From positions 1 through 64,000 of IMG/VR virus record IMGVR_UViG_3300032285_000709: 64,000 bases of DNA; one strand, given 5' to 3'. The notes below the pieces were generated by a model that saw only the letters and a list, made by a program, of their open reading frames with translations, did not search any database and was not told the DNA's origin. The translations under genes and the position numbers were made by a program. This DNA is from a virus. Below are positions 58,425 to 64,000 of the stretch, one piece after another. The number at the start of each line of letters is the position of its first letter. The stretch's first letter is position 1.

Positions 58425-60696
58425 ACCTAATCAAGACCTGGAACGTATTTTTGAACGTGCAGTTCATCTTGCGATGAGTCATAAACACGAGTACATAACC
58501 CTAGAACATTTCCTATACGGCTTGTTGTTAGATGAAAAGTTTGATAAAAAATTATCAGACTTTGGTACAGATACCAGTCAGCTAAAAACTGATATCACAG
58601 AATATGTAACGAATGAATTATCTTCTATCATCCTAGAAGACGGCCAAAAGCCTAAAAAGACACATAGTATGGAACGTATGCTCAATAGAGCATTTACCCA
58701 AGTGCTGTTTGGCGGAAGAAGTACTATCGAACCAATGGACTGCTTTTTGAGTATGTTCTCAGAAAAGAAAAGCTATGCCGCTTATGTGATACGCAAAGCC
58801 AAAGTTGATAAAGATAAGTTCATTGAATATCTCAACAACGAAGCTGAAGAAGCTGAGATTGTAGAAGGTAAAGAAGTTGCCAGCCCACAGCTAGAAAAGA
58901 TGTTAGCACAATATTGTGTTAATCTTAGCAAAAAAGCCAAAGAGAAAAAGATCGATCCAGTTATTGGTCGTGAAAAAGAAATTGAAGAAATTCAACTTAT
59001 TCTTGCTCGCCGTACTAAGTCTAACGTAATGATGATCGGTGATCCAGGTGTAGGTAAGACTGCTATTGCCGAAGGACTTGCTAATAAAATCTTAGCGGGT
59101 ACAGTACCTAAGTATATTAAAGACCACATTGTTTACAGCCTAGATATCAGTGCTATGCTTGCCGGTAGTAAGTATCGCGGTGACTTTGAGGAACGTCTAA
59201 AGATGGTTATCAATGCACTTGAAAAGAAAAAGAACTGTATCTTGTTTATTGACGAAGCACACATGATGAATGGTGCCGGTGCAGTAAGCGGCGGCTCTAA
59301 CGACATGGCTAATATGTTAAAGCCAGCATTAGGTAAAGGTACACTTAAAGTTATTGCTTCAACTACCTGGGAAGAATTCCGTAAACACTTTGAAAAGGAT
59401 CGTGCTTTGATGCGTCGATTCCAGCGTGTTACAGTTGATGAGCCTACAGAAGCAGTAGCAATTAAGATCCTTAAAGGACTTAAGAAGTACTACGAGAAAC
59501 ATCACAATGTTAAGATCACTAATCAAGCTATTATTGATTCAGTAAAATATTCTAACAAATATATCAGTGATCGTAAGTTGCCAGATAAGGCAATTGACTT
59601 GATCGACTGTGCGTGTGCCCGTTTTAAAGTACGCGACGAAGAAGGCGGTATTGTTGACCATGACGAAATCGTATTTGAAGTAAGCAAAATTACAAACTTG
59701 CCTCTTGAACAAGTATCTAGTAAAGAAAATAAAAATCTTAAAGAACTTGACAAGAATATGCGTAACAAAGTATTTGGTCAAGAAAAAGCTATCGATATCT
59801 TACTTGATAAAATTTATATTAGTCAGGCAGGGCTTAAAGCAATTAATAAACCTGTTGGTAGTTTCTTGTTTGTTGGTCCCACAGGTTGTGGTAAAACAGA
59901 AACTGCTAAGGTATTAGCAGAACAAATGGGTGTGCAAATGGTTCGCTTTGATATGAGCGAATATCAAGAGCAACATTCTGTAGCTAAATTGATTGGTGCA
60001 CCTCCGGGCTATGTTGGCTTCGAAGATAACGCTGGTCAACTGATTACCAAACTACAAGAATATCCAAACTGTATCTTGTTACTTGACGAAATTGAAAAAG
60101 CTCATCCAAGCGTTAGCAATATCTTGTTACAACTAATGGATAACGGATTTGTTACAGGTAGTAATGGTAAGAAAGCGGATGCACGTCAAGCTATTGTAAT
60201 TCTAACAAGTAACTTGGGTGCAAGCGATGCCGAAAAGAATGGCATTGGCTTTGGCAAGATGGAGAAGGACTACGACAACAAAGACGCTGTTAATAGATTC
60301 TTTGCTCCTGAATTCCGTAACCGCCTAGATGGCATTATTCAGTTCAACAAACTAAGTCACGAAACTATGATTAAGATTGTTAAGAAGTTTATTGACGAGC
60401 TTAATGCATTGGTTAAAGACAAAAACATTCACGTTAAGCCAGACACAAGTGCATTGGAGTACTTGGTTAAGAAAGGATTTAACACTAAGATGGGTGCTCG
60501 CCCGCTGTTTAGAGTTATTGAGGACGAGATCAAGAAGCCACTATCTCGTGAGATTCTGTTTGGTAAGCTAACTAATGGTGGGGTTATCAACCTAACTATG
60601 AACAATGATAAGTTTGTATTCGATTTAGTAGAAGTACTACCAGTAGCTGTTAAAAATACTCCTGAAGTTGAAGATGCAGAAACTGTCAACGAATAA
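58417..60696 (+). CDS. clpA: ATP-dependent Clp protease ATPase subunit ClpA
   Basis: Clp N domain; two AAA modules (GDPGVGKT, GPTGCGKT); no M-domain; IGF loop. Confidence 0.92.
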   Translation: MLEPNQDLERIFERAVHLAMSHKHEYITLEHFLYGLLLDEKFDKKLSDFGTDTSQLKTDITEYVTNELSSIILEDGQKPKKTHSMERMLNRAFTQVLFGGRSTIEPMDCFLSMFSEKKSYAAYVIRKAKVDKDKFIEYLNNEAEEAEIVEGKEVASPQLEKMLAQYCVNLSKKAKEKKIDPVIGREKEIEEIQLILARRTKSNVMMIGDPGVGKTAIAEGLANKILAGTVPKYIKDHIVYSLDISAMLAGSKYRGDFEERLKMVINALEKKKNCILFIDEAHMMNGAGAVSGGSNDMANMLKPALGKGTLKVIASTTWEEFRKHFEKDRALMRRFQRVTVDEPTEAVAIKILKGLKKYYEKHHNVKITNQAIIDSVKYSNKYISDRKLPDKAIDLIDCACARFKVRDEEGGIVDHDEIVFEVSKITNLPLEQVSSKENKNLKELDKNMRNKVFGQEKAIDILLDKIYISQAGLKAINKPVGSFLFVGPTGCGKTETAKVLAEQMGVQMVRFDMSEYQEQHSVAKLIGAPPGYVGFEDNAGQLITKLQEYPNCILLLDEIEKAHPSVSNILLQLMDNGFVTGSNGKKADARQAIVILTSNLGASDAEKNGIGFGKMEKDYDNKDAVNRFFAPEFRNRLDGIIQFNKLSHETMIKIVKKFIDELNALVKDKNIHVKPDTSALEYLVKKGFNTKMGARPLFRVIEDEIKKPLSREILFGKLTNGGVINLTMNNDKFVFDLVEVLPVAVKNTPEVEDAETVNE

Positions 60697-61357
60697 ACTG
60701 TTCTTTGGCAAATGGCCGTATAAGATCGAGTGCTCTGTACAAGGGTCGAATCTTATACGGTTGCGCGGTATAGAGTGGGTTAAGAAATACTGTACAGATG
60801 ATGAATTTTATAGGCCGCCCAAAGTAAGTTTTCGAACCCACTTTGAAAGAATCGATAAAGATCAGCTACTTAAATTTCTCCATGCCGCTGAGCCTTTTCT
60901 TGATAAAGAAATTAAGGTTAGGGCAGAAGGCAGTACTTTTAGCTTCTATACAAGCGATGAATCTTTAGTTAAAGAATTAGAACAAGCTCTTAACTGGTGT
61001 ATTACATACATATATAGTCCAGAAAATCCCGAAGAAGCTGAATTCCTTGTAAACAACAGGAACAAAGTTATTTGTGATGCTATTCCTTACGGCAAATATA
61101 CACACAAGGTATGTTTTAAAGAAAAGATACCGCGTGATAAGCGTTTACAGTTCTGGAGTTGGATTTCTAAGTACGACGAAGATACTGTCAAAATAGGTAG
61201 AAGTACAGAAGGATTTATGATAGGTACAAAACAGTACGTTGCTAACCCCTTCTGCTACGTGTCTAACGCTAAGTTTTTAACTATGATGAGCCTAGTTGTA
61301 GGCGAATATATACAGAAAATAGAAGAATTTGTTCCTAGGTCTACCTTGCTCCTGTAA
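60674..61357 (+). CDS. hypothetical protein
   Basis: ORF. Confidence 0.6.
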   Translation: MQKLSTNKLFFGKWPYKIECSVQGSNLIRLRGIEWVKKYCTDDEFYRPPKVSFRTHFERIDKDQLLKFLHAAEPFLDKEIKVRAEGSTFSFYTSDESLVKELEQALNWCITYIYSPENPEEAEFLVNNRNKVICDAIPYGKYTHKVCFKEKIPRDKRLQFWSWISKYDEDTVKIGRSTEGFMIGTKQYVANPFCYVSNAKFLTMMSLVVGEYIQKIEEFVPRSTLLL

Positions 61358-61375
61358 TAAATACAGGGCGTAAGG
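61344..61375 (+). promoter_or_regulatory. late promoter inside an RBS-sequestering hairpin
   Basis: CCTTGCTCCTGTA-ATAAA-TACAGGGCGTAAGG; TAAATA at 61358-61363. Confidence 0.5.
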
Positions 61376-61382
61376 AAAAACT

Positions 61383-61829
61383 ATGCCGGCACAAAGCACA
61401 ACTCTAAGTTTCTATACAGATATCTATACTACTGGTACTACAGCGGTCTTAACAACGACCAGCGTGTTAAGTATGCCAGCGTATTATCACAATCAAAGCA
61501 CATTTAATCCTCCATATAATGTTTTGACATTCCCAAGTAATCCTGAAAAAGGATGCGGGTATTATGGAATTAGCAGTGGCTTACACACCGTTACATATAA
61601 AACAACGCAAGATTATGTAGGCACAGTTACTATGCAGGCTACATTGGCATCAAATCCAATAGAAACTGACTGGTTTGCTGTCAAAGATACTGCAAAAACT
61701 TATCTTTATAATCAAAATCCACAAACAACTTCAACAGTTGCATTAACCTTTGTTGGTAATTTTACATGGGTACGTGCAAAGGTCAATATCAGCCAAGGTG
61801 CATTGTTGGCTATTAACTATAATTTTTAA
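61383..61829 (+). CDS. putative virion structural protein
   Basis: GLHTV, QATLA, GNFTWVRA; late promoter upstream. Confidence 0.55.
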   Translation: MPAQSTTLSFYTDIYTTGTTAVLTTTSVLSMPAYYHNQSTFNPPYNVLTFPSNPEKGCGYYGISSGLHTVTYKTTQDYVGTVTMQATLASNPIETDWFAVKDTAKTYLYNQNPQTTSTVALTFVGNFTWVRAKVNISQGALLAINYNF

Positions 61830-61831
61830 TC

Positions 61832-62203
61832 ATGAAACTATACGAATTTTTTAGCCATCTCAATATCAACTCTGATAAGTCGCAAGAAAAGACCGCCGAC
61901 GAAAAATATGAAATGACTCTCGAAGAAAAAGAGCAATTTAAAAATGAGTTATTCTTTTATATTCTAGATCACGACGATATACATCGTAAGCATTTTCATG
62001 ATATAGCAGAACACATTACAGACGAATCCAAACCTAGTGTGTGGATGCCAATTGTTAACAAAGGCTGTATGGAATTCCACGACGCTAATAAAATACTACA
62101 ACATCCTCGAGATATGTTCGACAAACAGATGCGCGAAGAACTATGCAACATGTTAGACGATCACTATCGTAAAGATATCAAGAAAGGCGAATACCGTCCA
62201 TGA
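61832..62203 (+). CDS. hypothetical protein (possible head-packaged)
   Basis: MKLYEFF N-terminus. Confidence 0.55.
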   Translation: MKLYEFFSHLNINSDKSQEKTADEKYEMTLEEKEQFKNELFFYILDHDDIHRKHFHDIAEHITDESKPSVWMPIVNKGCMEFHDANKILQHPRDMFDKQMREELCNMLDDHYRKDIKKGEYRP

Positions 62204-64000
62204 ATTTACTAGAGTTGTTTTCTAGACCACGCCCCTTATTAGAAGGTGGTAACTTAGAATTAGATAACCCTAATGATCCATCCGCACCTTATCAGGCAGA
62301 CGAGATTGATCTTAAGGTACATAATCGCACCTTTATGGTTGGGTTATTAGATAAACTGTTACACGATATCAACGTTGCATTTTATAAGAAAAATAAAAAA
62401 CCATTGTGGAATCCACAGTTGTTACAATCAAAAGAGTTCTTAGGCGGAAGCAGTTTACATTTCTTTAATACCAAAGGTATTAGCGATAAAGAATTTGCTA
62501 AACATAAACCGAAAGTTGGAGATATTGATACACAATGTAACAAAGAACTCGAGCCAGCGGTTGAGCAATTTTTAACAATGTACGATCACAAACAAATAGG
62601 TGATACAACATTATTAGGATTCAGTAGAGGAAGCGAACAATTTAATGCTCTATTCCAATTTCAAGATCCTCCCATTAAGATACAAATAGACTTTGAGTTT
62701 GGAAAGTATGACGAAAAGACAGACATGCCAGATGAGTGGTATCGTTTCAGCCATAGTTCAGAATGGAATGATATACAAGCAGGCATCAAAGGTGTATTCC
62801 ACAAATACATATATCGTGCATTAACTTCTGCGCACGGTAGCATTAAACATCAAGTCGATGTTAAGAAAACAAAAACAAATATTAAACCAAATATTGCTGA
62901 TAATGATTTGTCATTTGCAGTAGCAAGCGGACAAGGCGGTGGTCTAAGCCACAAGTACGAGCCATATATTCACACAGATCCAGAAACAGGTCAAAAGAAA
63001 ACTCACGATCAAGGAGTTCCTTATAAGAGACTGATTCCGTCCGGTGAAAGAAAATACATTCAAAAACTAGATCAACAATTCTTTTTCTTTTTTGGTGCAA
63101 AGCCCGAGGGCAATGATAGCCAACTACAAAAAAGTTTCTTAGGTACATTAGAGTTAATCAACAAATATATCAAAGACGAATCGGCTAAAGAAAATGTCTT
63201 TAGAGCATTTTTAACATTATGTTTCGAACCTGGTGGGCAAATGATTACTAAGAACGATCCAGAGCGAGATCAAGAGATCAAATTTGCGGCTATTGATAAC
63301 TTTATACAAAAATGTAAACTTAAGAATCTAAGACCCGAAGCTATAAAGATGGGTAAAGAATACATAGACGATTTTAAAGAAGTCCAAGATTATAAAGCAA
63401 AGAATCCTAACGAAAAACAACCACGTGCCGCTCTAAAGCGTATGAAGGCAGGCCTAAACGAAGCCGAAGTAAAAGCACAACTACGTAAGGGCATGCCTCA
63501 CTTGCATGATTTAAAGGCACCTGATTTTTTGGACCTACTAGATGAGATCCACGACGGTAATGGTAAGTTTAAACTAGAAAATATTCCACTAAATGTTAAA
63601 GTAGACGGCTTCGGCGGGCGCTTTGGTAAGAATGCCGAAGGTAAACCTTTCATGGGTACAAGTCGTACTGAACCTCGTTATCAAGCAAGTTTTGTAGACT
63701 ATCATCAAAAGAAAGGCACAACGGATCCAGAGATTCTAGGTCGTGCTCAAATGTTTGATGACTTGTTTAACGAAATGATGAAGGCTATTGAATTAGTTGA
63801 TAGTAAACTAGGTCCAGACTTTTTAGTAAACAAACAAGTAACTTGCGAAGTATTGTTCTTGCCATTTGCTACAGAAACTCCAGAAGGTAAATTAAAGTTT
63901 GTAGGCATTCATTACGACAAACTTCCAAAAGGTGTACAGTTAGCTCTAGTACCTTTCCATGCTGTAGAAGCAGACAGCGGAGAAGCTGTTCAAGATACTA
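62200..64000 (+). CDS. large ORF, 3' truncated: Pol-beta-type nucleotidyltransferase domain plus KxDG ligase-like domain
   Basis: Absent from the track (no stop in window); my translation gives LGGSS, VGDID, IQIDF and later PHLHD...NVKVDG. Confidence 0.7.
   Translation, partial: MNLLELFSRPRPLLEGGNLELDNPNDPSAPYQADEIDLKVHNRTFMVGLLDKLLHDINVAFYKKNKKPLWNPQLLQSKEFLGGSSLHFFNTKGISDKEFAKHKPKVGDIDTQCNKELEPAVEQFLTMYDHKQIGDTTLLGFSRGSEQFNALFQFQDPPIKIQIDFEFGKYDEKTDMPDEWYRFSHSSEWNDIQAGIKGVFHKYIYRALTSAHGSIKHQVDVKKTKTNIKPNIADNDLSFAVASGQGGGLSHKYEPYIHTDPETGQKKTHDQGVPYKRLIPSGERKYIQKLDQQFFFFFGAKPEGNDSQLQKSFLGTLELINKYIKDESAKENVFRAFLTLCFEPGGQMITKNDPERDQEIKFAAIDNFIQKCKLKNLRPEAIKMGKEYIDDFKEVQDYKAKNPNEKQPRAALKRMKAGLNEAEVKAQLRKGMPHLHDLKAPDFLDLLDEIHDGNGKFKLENIPLNVKVDGFGGRFGKNAEGKPFMGTSRTEPRYQASFVDYHQKKGTTDPEILGRAQMFDDLFNEMMKAIELVDSKLGPDFLVNKQVTCEVLFLPFATETPEGKLKFVGIHYDKLPKGVQLALVPFHAVEADSGEAVQDT

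Noticed and set aside
1-64000. Stop-codon reassignment
   Set aside because: Known genes are full length under code 11, TAA, TAG and TGA all terminate genes, and no suppressor tRNA was seen.
1-64000. Bacterial chromosome origin suggested by dnaK, clpA, clpP and def
   Set aside because: Tail, lysis and clamp-loader genes, TAAATA late promoters and dense small hypothetical ORFs indicate a phage.

Overview
This 64 kb window is a gene-dense, mostly plus-strand segment of a large T4-like/jumbo myophage genome. The host is probably a Gram-negative proteobacterium, judging from the spanins, the DnaK type and the sigma70 promoters. In order it contains: (i) three CAGCAA-stem structured RNA elements, one of which encloses a circularly permuted tRNA-Cys(GCA)-like sequence, directly upstream of a DUF2828/VWA (TROVE/Ro-like) gene and candidate RNA end-healing enzymes; (ii) a tRNA cluster (Leu, Gly, Thr, Arg) with two aberrant tRNA-like RNAs and an unexplained ~200-nt structured RNA, interleaved with 2OG-Fe(II) oxygenase and sugar-modification genes; (iii) dnaK with a ROSE-like leader; (iv) many small hypothetical early genes, an exonuclease, an MBD4-like glycosylase, MazG-like, clpP, queD, a nucleotidase, uvsE, SOD and sufC/sufD-like genes; (v) a 3129-aa tail/baseplate protein and other structural genes; (vi) a DnaE fragment, groES, a cytidylyltransferase, a clamp loader and phoH; (vii) a lysis cassette (GH19, spanins, holin), dnaJ, def and clpA; and (viii) a truncated ORF combining nucleotidyltransferase and KxDG ligase-like motifs. 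The best candidate for a novel system is the CAGCAA-stem RNA array with its permuted tRNA and the adjacent Ro-like and RNA-repair genes (1-3890). All calls come from reading motifs by eye; no searches were run.
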